Made by a program: the position numbers and the translations under genes. A DNA stretch of 64,000 nucleotides, from positions 6,105-70,104 of the forward strand of contig JBAXHO010000001.1 of NCBI GenBank assembly GCA_037138855.1, given 5' to 3'. A model generated the notes under the pieces. That model was not told the origin of the DNA and made no database searches. It saw only the letters and a program-made list of their open reading frames with translations. Source of the DNA: a bacterium. GTDB lineage: Bacteria; Patescibacteriota; Dojkabacteria; B142; OLB20. This document shows positions 10,048-19,100 of this stretch, one piece after another (position 1 is the stretch's first letter; the number at the start of each line of letters is the position of its first letter).

Positions 10048-10439
10048 ATTTTGTCATTGAATAGTGAATATTATGCATACTAATTTGTGGAAAATCAACG
10101 TTTTGTTATTTTTTGATGGTGCTAAAGTAGATAATTTAAATAATAATTTCGTCAAGCAGACTGTAGGATAAAGTGCCTCAGATGTAAAAATATTTATTAT
10201 AAAAATCTCCGGGGCGTTGGCACGCCCACCCCCAAGTTCATTATAGAACTTTTTATTAAGACTTTCATTGTGATGTAACACAAATTTCAACTTAATCTTG
10301 ATTTAATATTGTTGCACAGAAATGAAGTCATAAATGCTATATGGTTTTGTTTGGTATAATACCGGTCTTAGTTCGATTTTGTGAATTTGTAATGAATATC
10401 AATCAAACTGATGTGCTATTAATTGTGAATTTCACTTTT

Positions 10440-10468
10440 TTGACAAACTATCTTTTTAATCCGATAAT
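10440..10468 (+). promoter_or_regulatory. Sigma70 promoter
   Basis: TTGACA-17 nt-GATAAT about 50 nt upstream of the 10518 start. Confidence 0.55.
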
Positions 10469-10517
10469 AAAAGTATCCTTTTGTAATTTCGCATTAATTA
10501 TTTAATATTTCTTTATC

Positions 10518-11255
10518 ATGTGCACAACCTTCGCCAAAAAAATCGACAATACTTGGTATCTCGGTAAGACTCGCGATCCTGTTAGTTGGATGCGTTGGGA
10601 TGATGAGATTAAATTGTTTGCAGAGGCAGGGGATAAATTCAGGAAATTGCTTGTGCAAAATCCCAATCCTAAAGAGGATGGTTATTATGGAGGTATTAAT
10701 GAAAAGGGTGTTGCTATAGTTGCTACCTATGTTAAAACAGCTGAAGAACAGGTTTCTTATATTCGACGTCCATACGTAAGATTAATTTTGGATGCTGCAA
10801 CTGCCGAAGAAGCAGTGGAAATTATTAAAAAATTTAATCCTTTAATCGGTGGCAATATGTTTGTGGCTGATAAAAAGAAGTGTTTCGGTATTGAAGGTGG
10901 CTCTAAAAGTATTTATGTGGAGGAAATTAAAGATCAGGCAGTGAAAACTAATCATTTTCTGCATTTGGATGAAGTTAATCTTAATTTTTCCAGATTACCT
11001 AAGTTTAAGGACTGGACTGAGGCTCATTTTGATCGGGCAACGGAATTACTTGGTGCAGCAAAAAGTCTGGAAGGTTTAGAAAATCTTCTGAAAGATCGCC
11101 AGGGCAGTGAATTGAAGCAGGCAATTTGTACGACAAGTGCCGAAGATGAATGCTATACCTATTCGGCGGTGATTTTCGATACGAACAAAGTAATTGCACA
11201 TTATGCTCAAGGGAACCCCAGTGAAGTGCCTTTTAAGGAATATAATTTTAAGTAA
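10518..11255 (+). CDS. Ntn-hydrolase (peptidase C45 / choloylglycine hydrolase-like)
   Basis: N-terminal MCT nucleophile, GKTRD, GINEKGVAI, KTNHF. Confidence 0.8.
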   Translation: MCTTFAKKIDNTWYLGKTRDPVSWMRWDDEIKLFAEAGDKFRKLLVQNPNPKEDGYYGGINEKGVAIVATYVKTAEEQVSYIRRPYVRLILDAATAEEAVEIIKKFNPLIGGNMFVADKKKCFGIEGGSKSIYVEEIKDQAVKTNHFLHLDEVNLNFSRLPKFKDWTEAHFDRATELLGAAKSLEGLENLLKDRQGSELKQAICTTSAEDECYTYSAVIFDTNKVIAHYAQGNPSEVPFKEYNFK

Positions 11256-11260
11256 AAAAA

Positions 11261-11488
11261 ATGAAAAGAAAAATAATATTAATATTTGTAATAATAGGAT
11301 TTCTAATCAGTGCGATTGTATTATTTTTTTTAACAGCTAAATGTGATGATTATGGTGGATATCAAGTTGATGTTAAATCGTCTTGTACTTGTGATGGGTA
11401 TGAATGGGTAGTGTATGACAAGACCTCAAGTGATGGTTACCGATTGTCCTACTGCCTAGGTAGAAAACAGCCAGGAATTCATGGATAA
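11261..11488 (+). CDS. Small membrane-anchored Cys-containing protein
   Basis: N-terminal hydrophobic helix, 4 Cys, starts 5 nt after the upstream stop. Confidence 0.65.
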   Translation: MKRKIILIFVIIGFLISAIVLFFLTAKCDDYGGYQVDVKSSCTCDGYEWVVYDKTSSDGYRLSYCLGRKQPGIHG

Positions 11489-11503
11489 CAAAGTGCGTTC
11501 TAA

Positions 11504-12439
11504 CTAAATTTTTCCTACCACCCAGACCCAAAAACTTACACTGGCGAGTGCTAATATTGATGAGACTAATACATTGCCAGCAGCGAGTTTTTTATCAAGT
11601 TGATAGAGATCAGCTAGAACGATGGTAAATACAGCTGAAGGCATGGCACCTTGAATGATCGAGGTGATAATGCCAGCATGAGAAATGGGAAATAGGTATT
11701 TTACTAAGAGAAGAATGAATGCTGGAACAACCATTAATTTAACAAAGCTGGTAAGAAGATTTAATTTGATATCAGTGAAATTATATTTAAAGTTATGTGC
11801 CAGGGTTAATCCCATTGATATTAAAGCTAGAGCACTGATTGATTTACCAAGGATATCAAGTGAGCGATAAATTGTTGCTGGAAGCGCTATTTTTGTGGTA
11901 AATAAGGCAAGCCCCACAATTGTAGCCATGACAAGGGGAATTGTGATCAGCCGAATTAGTTCTGATTTTAAGGTAGCTTTTCCATTCACATCACCAGCGC
12001 GTTGAATAATAAAATAGAGAATTGCTTCAGGGATTGTGATTACAGTAAGGGCATAGATCATTCCTAGGCGATAATATTCCTGGCCAAATAAACTCAGTAA
12101 AATTGGTAAACCAAAGTATAAATTATTCCCGGCCACCATGGAATAAACTAAAACAAATTTCTTTTGATACCTCACGCCCAGTACTTTGAAAAGTAGGATT
12201 AATGAAAAAAATAATATGAGCTGGATAATTAGTGTAACTAAAATGAATTTCTTCAAATCCTGAAATTCCTGGTGGCTAATACCACTAATACTGATGAGGG
12301 TAGAGGCTGGTACAGCAATATAGAATACAAATTTATTAAAATATTTCGAGGCATTTTCATCGAGAATTTTATATTTTCCAGCCAAAAAGCCTATTAAAAT
12401 AACCAAAAACAGGGAGATGAGTAATAGAAGTTGTTGCAT
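11504..12439 (-). CDS. AEC family transporter
   Basis: About 10 TM helices, FVFYIAVPA, GNNLYFGLPI, KLMVVP, AMPSAV. Confidence 0.9.
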   Translation of the reverse strand: MQQLLLLISLFLVILIGFLAGKYKILDENASKYFNKFVFYIAVPASTLISISGISHQEFQDLKKFILVTLIIQLILFFSLILLFKVLGVRYQKKFVLVYSMVAGNNLYFGLPILLSLFGQEYYRLGMIYALTVITIPEAILYFIIQRAGDVNGKATLKSELIRLITIPLVMATIVGLALFTTKIALPATIYRSLDILGKSISALALISMGLTLAHNFKYNFTDIKLNLLTSFVKLMVVPAFILLLVKYLFPISHAGIITSIIQGAMPSAVFTIVLADLYQLDKKLAAGNVLVSSILALASVSFWVWVVGKI

Positions 12440-12571
12440 GGAAGAAATAAAAGCTAAAAGTTAATAGTTACAAGTTAAAAGCTAAGAGAAACAAACGAGT
12501 ATCAAGTATCAGGTAGTAAAAAAAGTATCTGGTACCTAGTATCTAGTAGCTGAAAAAAATAAAAACTCATG

Positions 12572-12605
12572 ATTCGATCCTGAAGTTGTTTCAGGACGAA
12601 ATTCG
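12572..12605 (-). repeat. 34-bp palindromic dispersed element, intergenic copy
   Basis: Reverse complement CGAATTTCGTCCTGAAACAACTTCAGGATCGAAT is 32/34 identical to 28836-28869. Confidence 0.8.
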
Positions 12606-12610
12606 TCCCT

Positions 12611-13354
12611 TTACAATAGATTCCCGCCGCCGTTGACGCCAATTACTTCTCCATTAATGAATTCTGCCTTAGGCGAAATTAAAAATTCTACTACATTTGC
12701 AATGTCTTCAGGCGTGCAATTTCTTTTCATTGGATTTTTTTCGGCCTCTCCCTGGAACTTATCATCAGCCATGTTTATATTTCTGGTCAGATTGGTATCC
12801 ATAAGAGAAGGATTGATCACATTCACTTTAATTCCATATTTCGACCATTCTAGTACACACACCTGACTAAACTTGATGAGTCCTGCCTTGGATGCTCCAT
12901 AAGCTCCGGTGGTGGGTGATGTCTTCTCTTTACCTAGTCTGGATCCGATGTTGATAATTTGTGATTTTTCTGCTTTTTTCAAGAAAGGCAGGGCAAATTT
13001 ACTCATGAGTATCGGACCGACAAGATCAACCGCAATGATTTTTTTTAATTCTTCCACGGATGCTTCCTCAATGAGTTTAGCAGAATCGATTGCAGCATTG
13101 TTAACGAGTACATCCAATTGATTTGTAATTTTAATGATATTTTCAAAAATAATTTTTACGTCGGCTTCACTGCTTACATCTCCTGGTACCAGATAGCTAG
13201 TTCCGCCTTGAGCTTTGATTTCATCCATTACCTGCTCGGCGTTTTGCGTATCAGAAATATAATTAATAAAAATTGTGTAACCATGCTTCGCAAGATTTAA
13301 AGCAATAGATCTACCTACACCTTTGCTTGAGCCAGTAATTAATGCGTATTTCAT
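12611..13354 (-). CDS. SDR family oxidoreductase (FabG-like)
   Basis: TGSSKGVG, NNAA, YGASK. Confidence 0.92.
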   Translation of the reverse strand: MKYALITGSSKGVGRSIALNLAKHGYTIFINYISDTQNAEQVMDEIKAQGGTSYLVPGDVSSEADVKIIFENIIKITNQLDVLVNNAAIDSAKLIEEASVEELKKIIAVDLVGPILMSKFALPFLKKAEKSQIINIGSRLGKEKTSPTTGAYGASKAGLIKFSQVCVLEWSKYGIKVNVINPSLMDTNLTRNINMADDKFQGEAEKNPMKRNCTPEDIANVVEFLISPKAEFINGEVIGVNGGGNLL

Positions 13355-13500
13355 TGATATTTAGATGAAAATATTTTTTCATTATATGATCATTATTTAT
13401 TTTCTGCAAGGAAGCAGAGAAAATGATCAGATTTAAGAAATTTTTAAGAATAATTTGATAATTTAAAAGGGTAGAAATTCAATATTCCGTTTAAACGATA

Positions 13501-13529
13501 TTGACTAAACATAAATAAATAATTAAAAT
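13501..13529 (+). promoter_or_regulatory. Sigma70 promoter of the vapBC-like operon
   Basis: TTGACT-17 nt-TAAAAT. Confidence 0.55.
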
Positions 13530-13547
13530 ATAAGTATTAAAAATTTC

Positions 13548-13814
13548 ATGTTGGAACTAATGCAAGTTAAATTACAAAAAATTGGAAATTCATTTATGGT
13601 TACCATTCCAAAGGCTTTGAAAGAGCAAGCTAAGTTACATTTAGGAGATATGCTGAACATTGAAATTGCAGAAAATTCTTTGCTGATCAAGCCAGCTGTT
13701 TTAGATAAACTTACCAAAGCTCAGGTTGAAGGTGGATTGTTACAAATTCCAAATTTTCACATTCAGAAAGTAATTCAGGAAATCAAAAAACGAGATTATG
13801 AAAGAGAAAGATAG
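13548..13814 (+). CDS. AbrB/MazE-type antitoxin
   Basis: KLQKIGNSFMVTIPK...LGD.L swapped-hairpin motif. Confidence 0.88.
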   Translation: MLELMQVKLQKIGNSFMVTIPKALKEQAKLHLGDMLNIEIAENSLLIKPAVLDKLTKAQVEGGLLQIPNFHIQKVIQEIKKRDYERER

Positions 13815-14226
13815 TATATATGTTGATACTAATGTTTTTATTGCCTGGTTAGTAGCTAGTCACCCTGACTATAAACAAGCAAGATGTATTTTTAAACAAT
13901 ATTCTAAATATCAGTTCTATTATTCTTTATTAGTGATCGATGAAATACTGTTTGTTATGACAAAATATCGGATTAGTAAAAATATCATTCAAAATATTAT
14001 TAAATCTAACTTAATAGAAAATCCGATTTGTATTTTAATTGAAGATACAATTAATCATGAACAGATTGAGAAGTATTTAAATCTTTGGGTTAACTGTGGT
14101 TTGAAACCTAGAGATGCATTACATTACTATTATATGAAGAAGATGAAGATTACTACTATCGCCACTTTTGATCAGGATTTTATTAGACAACAAAAAAAAC
14201 TTGGTATAAAAGTTTTAAAATATTAA
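13798..14226 (+). CDS. PIN-domain (VapC) toxin
   Basis: YVDTNVF, DE, RDALH, TFDQDF acidic residues; overlaps the antitoxin. Confidence 0.9.
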   Translation: MKEKDSIYVDTNVFIAWLVASHPDYKQARCIFKQYSKYQFYYSLLVIDEILFVMTKYRISKNIIQNIIKSNLIENPICILIEDTINHEQIEKYLNLWVNCGLKPRDALHYYYMKKMKITTIATFDQDFIRQQKKLGIKVLKY

Positions 14227-14242
14227 AAATGTAGTGAAAAAT

Positions 14243-14509
14243 TTAGATGCTTTGGATAACTAAGCTATATCCTGCTACCGAAGCACCAGTTCGTAGCTTT
14301 TTATATGCTTTCATAGAAATTTTGTAAGTATCTTTTTTACCAGAAGCTAATTCAAGTAATTTTACTTTTCGTAGGTTAGGTTTCCAAGTACGTAGAGTTC
14401 TTTGTGCTTTGAAACGCCAAACTCCTCCTCCTCCGGAAGAGCCTCTTTGATGTTTGCGAGAACCGCCGAAAGCAATTGTTTTATTGGTGATGTCACACTT
14501 GTTTGACAT
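14243..14509 (-). CDS. rpmB: 50S ribosomal protein L28
   Basis: MSNKCDITNK...RTWKPNLRKVK with a Gly-rich insertion; ATG at 14509. Confidence 0.88.
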   Translation of the reverse strand: MSNKCDITNKTIAFGGSRKHQRGSSGGGGVWRFKAQRTLRTWKPNLRKVKLLELASGKKDTYKISMKAYKKLRTGASVAGYSLVIQSI

Positions 14510-14659
14510 AAAAATGATCACTTAAGATATATGCAGAACGAATTGTAGCAGATAAAACCCAGATATGAAAGAAAAAAGATGAAAAAAATAATATTTATCT
14601 GGTAAGTTAGAATTTAAAATTGTAAACTAATAACTTGTTTATTTCTTATTATTGTTTAA

Positions 14660-15634
14660 ATGATTAATCAAAAATATTTTGATGATATTACGAAATTTCC
14701 AAGTCAATTGGCGATTGGAGTTCAGCAAGCTAATGAAATTAAGGCACTTCGTTCTTTTCAAAAAGTGATTTTAAGCGGTATGGGGGGGAGTTCCCTTTTC
14801 GTTGAATACATCAATCAAATGAATGCTTCCCTAGGCTTTACCGAAAGAATTGATATAAATCGCAGTTATTCAATTCCAAAATTTGCTGATGCAGATACAT
14901 TATTAATTGCATCTTCATATTCCGGAAATACTGAAGAATCAGTTAGCTTTCTTAAGGAAGCATTGGAAAGAAAATTGAATTGTATAGTAATTTCTGCTGG
15001 AGGAGAATTAGTAGAACTTGCCAAGACAAACAAGCTACCATTAATTATCATTCCACAAGGTGTAGTGCCTCGTCTTGCTACAGGATATTTTATTGGCGCG
15101 CTGGTAAAATTTTTAACAGACAATTTATTTTTTAAAGCAGCACTTTTAGAAAAAATTCTTACTGTTAAGTTTGATGTAGATCAGACAGCAGCGAAGCTTT
15201 TTGCAGAAAAATTATATAAAAAAGTACCAATTATTTATAGTTCGATTGAGAATTCAGCGACAGCAAGAATTATTAAAATTAAATTTAATGAAAATAGTAA
15301 AGTGCAAGCATTTTGGAATGAATTTCCGGAACAAAATCATAATGAATTAGAAGGATTTACTAATTTAATTATAAATCCTTACATAATTTTATTGAAATCA
15401 AAATTCACCCATCCCAGAATCAGCAAGCGGTTTGATATTTATCAGGAAATTTTTTCGAAGAAAGGTTTGGTGATTGAAACTATACCTCTAAAAGGGAAAA
15501 GTATGTTGGAAGAAATGTTCAACACAGTACATTTCTTTGATTATGTTAGCTTTTTTCTGGCAGAACTTTATAATACTAATCCGGAAAGTACAAATTTGTT
15601 GGAAGGATTTAAGCTGGAATTGAAAAATTTGTAA
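14660..15634 (+). CDS. Bifunctional phosphoglucose/phosphomannose isomerase
   Basis: GMGGS, SYSGNTEE, NENSK, PEQNHNE. Confidence 0.93.
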   Translation: MINQKYFDDITKFPSQLAIGVQQANEIKALRSFQKVILSGMGGSSLFVEYINQMNASLGFTERIDINRSYSIPKFADADTLLIASSYSGNTEESVSFLKEALERKLNCIVISAGGELVELAKTNKLPLIIIPQGVVPRLATGYFIGALVKFLTDNLFFKAALLEKILTVKFDVDQTAAKLFAEKLYKKVPIIYSSIENSATARIIKIKFNENSKVQAFWNEFPEQNHNELEGFTNLIINPYIILLKSKFTHPRISKRFDIYQEIFSKKGLVIETIPLKGKSMLEEMFNTVHFFDYVSFFLAELYNTNPESTNLLEGFKLELKNL

Positions 15635-15653
15635 ATACTTCTGATATTTCCTA

Positions 15654-15682
15654 TTGACACCATAACATCATCTCGATAAACT
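15654..15682 (+). promoter_or_regulatory. Sigma70 promoter
   Basis: TTGACA-17 nt-TAAACT upstream of 15717. Confidence 0.6.
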
Positions 15683-15716
15683 AATTAAAAGTAGTTAATT
15701 TCTAATCTTTATTACT

Positions 15717-16169
15717 ATGTTGAGCGTCAATGCTTTATTTTCTAAATTACACGGTTTAGAACCTAAAAAAAGAAAAATGCTAGTTTTAGGATCTTTAGTA
15801 GGTTCATTTCTTTTTGTATTGATTGGGGTAGTTTTTGTCATAGCTAATCGTGGCAATATTACTTTACCGGAAACAGGAACTTATTCGATTGTGGTTGATA
15901 AGAATACTGATGAAGCTGGTTCTTGTGAGTTTGGAACCGATGTTAAAGCAGTTAAAACTTGTACTTTACGTGGGGCAATTAATAAAGCTAATACGCTGGG
16001 CACGAATAATAGTGTGAATATTACATTTGAATCAAATTTGGCTGATAGCAGTACCGGGGTTACGACAATTCAGCTGCAATCTCAATTACCAATCATATCT
16101 TCAGAGGCTTCAGTATTAATTTCTGGAAATAATTCTGATCCAAGTAAAGTAGTAATTAAGATGAACTGA
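15717..16169 (+). CDS. Membrane-anchored CSLREA-type domain protein with LPETG after the N-terminal TM helix
   Basis: TM helix at residues 21-43, LPETG at 50-54, then IVVDKNTDE..GSC....CTLRGAINKAN...ITF...I.L.SQLP.I. Confidence 0.8.
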   Translation: MLSVNALFSKLHGLEPKKRKMLVLGSLVGSFLFVLIGVVFVIANRGNITLPETGTYSIVVDKNTDEAGSCEFGTDVKAVKTCTLRGAINKANTLGTNNSVNITFESNLADSSTGVTTIQLQSQLPIISSEASVLISGNNSDPSKVVIKMN

Positions 16170-16198
16170 TTTTTTAATTCATTTATTCAATTAAAAAT

Positions 16199-19100
16199 AT
16201 GGAACCGCAGTCTGCTCAAAGTATCAATCATGTTGCTCAAATCCGTAAATATTTCCCGATAATTATCGTTACAGTGGTTGTTTTAGTAGCTGCTTTAGCT
16301 ATTGTTGTGGTACAACGCATTCGCATTAATAACCTGCCAAATACAGGTACTGATAATCCCATTCCTACAGTGCCGCCAACATGTGATTTGGTTTGCGCAG
16401 ATGGACATTTGGATCCAAATATTTGTAGCTGTGTGCCAGATGTCACGTCAATTATTTCAACGAATACACCAATACTTATAATGGGAAACTATTTGTTAAA
16501 AAGTATGAGTGTTAGTCTTGATCAGGCAACTGGAAACAATGTGATTACTTATAAAGTTCAAAATGATGGTACAGCAGAAATCGCAGGGAATAGTTTTCAG
16601 AATACATATTGGATAAATCCCGTTCCAGAGCCAAGTAGTATTAATAATATTCAACCTACTCAATCCTTATTTCAAGCTAAGATTTTAACCAGTCAAAGAT
16701 TAAGTGCTGGTACATCTGGTCTTGGGACTATTTCAATTAATAATTCATCCATACCAGCAGGGGTCTATAAATTATGTATGTGGTACGATAGCTCAAAAGC
16801 CGTTAATGAGGCTAATGAAAATGACAATATTCTCTGTAGTCAAGTTACTCTAGCTATACCAGAAGCACCGGCATGTACCTCATTTACAAATATGTGGATT
16901 AATGATTGTAATAGTACAGGGTTACTCGGCACACCTCAATGTGCTACTACTTCTGATAAAGCAACGATTCATTATAATTCCAATGCTGCAAGTATGAAAT
17001 TTCTGGATGCAACATCTATGCCAGGTATATTGTGTAGTGCAATTCCGGATAGTACTTTTACCGGACAATCACAAATCTATGATGCAAATAATCCGACAAT
17101 TAATTGGACCTTAACACCTGGATTTGGATTAAAAAAGATTTGTGTCAGATTTGAAAATAGTGCTGGATCAAGTAAGTGTGGAGGAACTATTAATTACACG
17201 GGTGTTACTCCAGTTGTTACTAATACAGCAATACCAGTAAGTCCACCTCAATGTACATCATTTCAAAATATGTGGATTGAAGGATGTCAGAGCTGGAACG
17301 CAGCAGATCCAACGGCAAATGCTAGCTGTATCACAAACAATACAAATGTTCAAATTAATTTGAATTCTTCTAATGCTACTACAATGAGGTTTTATGAAAA
17401 GACTGCGAATTTGGATATAGCATGTAGTGCCCTTGATCCTGGAGCATTTCCAGTGGTATTTCAAAGTTATTATCCAACACACAATATTACATTATCATCG
17501 ACACCAGGAGAGAAGCAGGTATGTGTGAGTTTAGGAAATAGTGCAGGGTCAAGCCAATGCGGAGGAAAGATCTGGTTCCAACCATCAATTACTCCTACAA
17601 TTTCTACAATACCTTCACCAACTCCGACACCTCAAGGGGCACCGGAATGTACATCTTTTGTGAATATGTGGCTAGAAAATTGTAAAACTAATCAGATGAC
17701 AGGTCCAGATTGTACAATTAATACAAACAAATTAAATATCAATTTAGCTGTACCCAATATTACAGCTGGTTCGAAGATGAGTTTTTATGAAAAAACGGCT
17801 GCGGATGATCCAAAGGTGCTTTGTAACTCGATTGATCCAAATAAATTTTCTACACCAGTAGATTATGCTACTCAGGTAAAAGATTACCAATTACAAGCCA
17901 CAACTGGACAAGTGAAGGTCTGTGTTCGTTTAGTGAATAGTAGTGGCGCAGCTAGTCAGTGCGGTGGTGGAATAAATATTGTAGAACCTGTGTATCGAAT
18001 TTTAAAAGTTGAATCAGGAGCTGTTGTGACACTTTCCGGTTTGACCTTGATGGGTGGTCGTGCTGATATTGGTGCAGCTATCGAGAATTTTAGTTTTCTT
18101 GAGATTAATAATAGTATTATTGCCAATAATATCGCTGATGTTTATGGTGGCGGTATTTACAATGAGGGATATCTTTCGGTGAGAAATTCTATTTTCCACG
18201 CTAACTCAATAGGAAATACAAATGGAGCAGGAGGAGCGATATATTCGAGAAATACAAATGGCGGATCTTATCTTCAAAACTCTTTGACTATTAGTAAGAC
18301 TATGTTTGAAGGGAATATTGCAGGGACAGGAGGAGGAGGAGCTATTTATTCAGAGGATACTCCAGTAATGATATCAAGAAGCTCTTTCAAATTAAATCTA
18401 GCTCCGAGTGGAGGCGCATTGTATCTAACAGCTATAAGGAGTAACGATATATTAAATAGAATTGATAACTCCACATTTGCAAGTAATACAAGTATGTATG
18501 GTGTAATAAATAATACCGGTTCCAGCAAACATGTCAGGTTAGATTTAATGTTCTCTACTTTTGTATCTGATTTACCAAGCTCAGCAAATAATTTCACACT
18601 TTATTCTGGTACAAATTCAGAAATCAATTTTAGGAATAATATTTTAGCAGCAAAGGGAGCTACTCAATGTAATTCCATTCCAAATAGTTTAGGTGGAAAT
18701 GTAATAATTGATAGTAGCTGTACAGTATTACCTGTAAGTAATAATGATATAGTTGGAACTCAAGTCAACCCACTGTTATCTGCAGAGCAGACCATACCAG
18801 GAAACAAGACAGTATTTTTCTCAATTGATCAAAGTAGTCCAGCATTTAATAATGCGATAAATTGTACAGGTACACCAATCGATCAACTTGAACAAACACG
18901 TCCTCAGGGAAGTGCTTGTGATAGCGGTGCTTATGAATTTCCAATACCAGTAACGACAACTGTGACACCCACGCCTGCTACAGTGGCGATGACTTGTAGT
19001 GAGGGATTTACAGATGATTTCGGGAGATTTATGATCGATAGTAGCAGATGGAAAGTAAATATTGCTGACAGTTTAAAAACGAGTGTGGAAATTAATGCTC

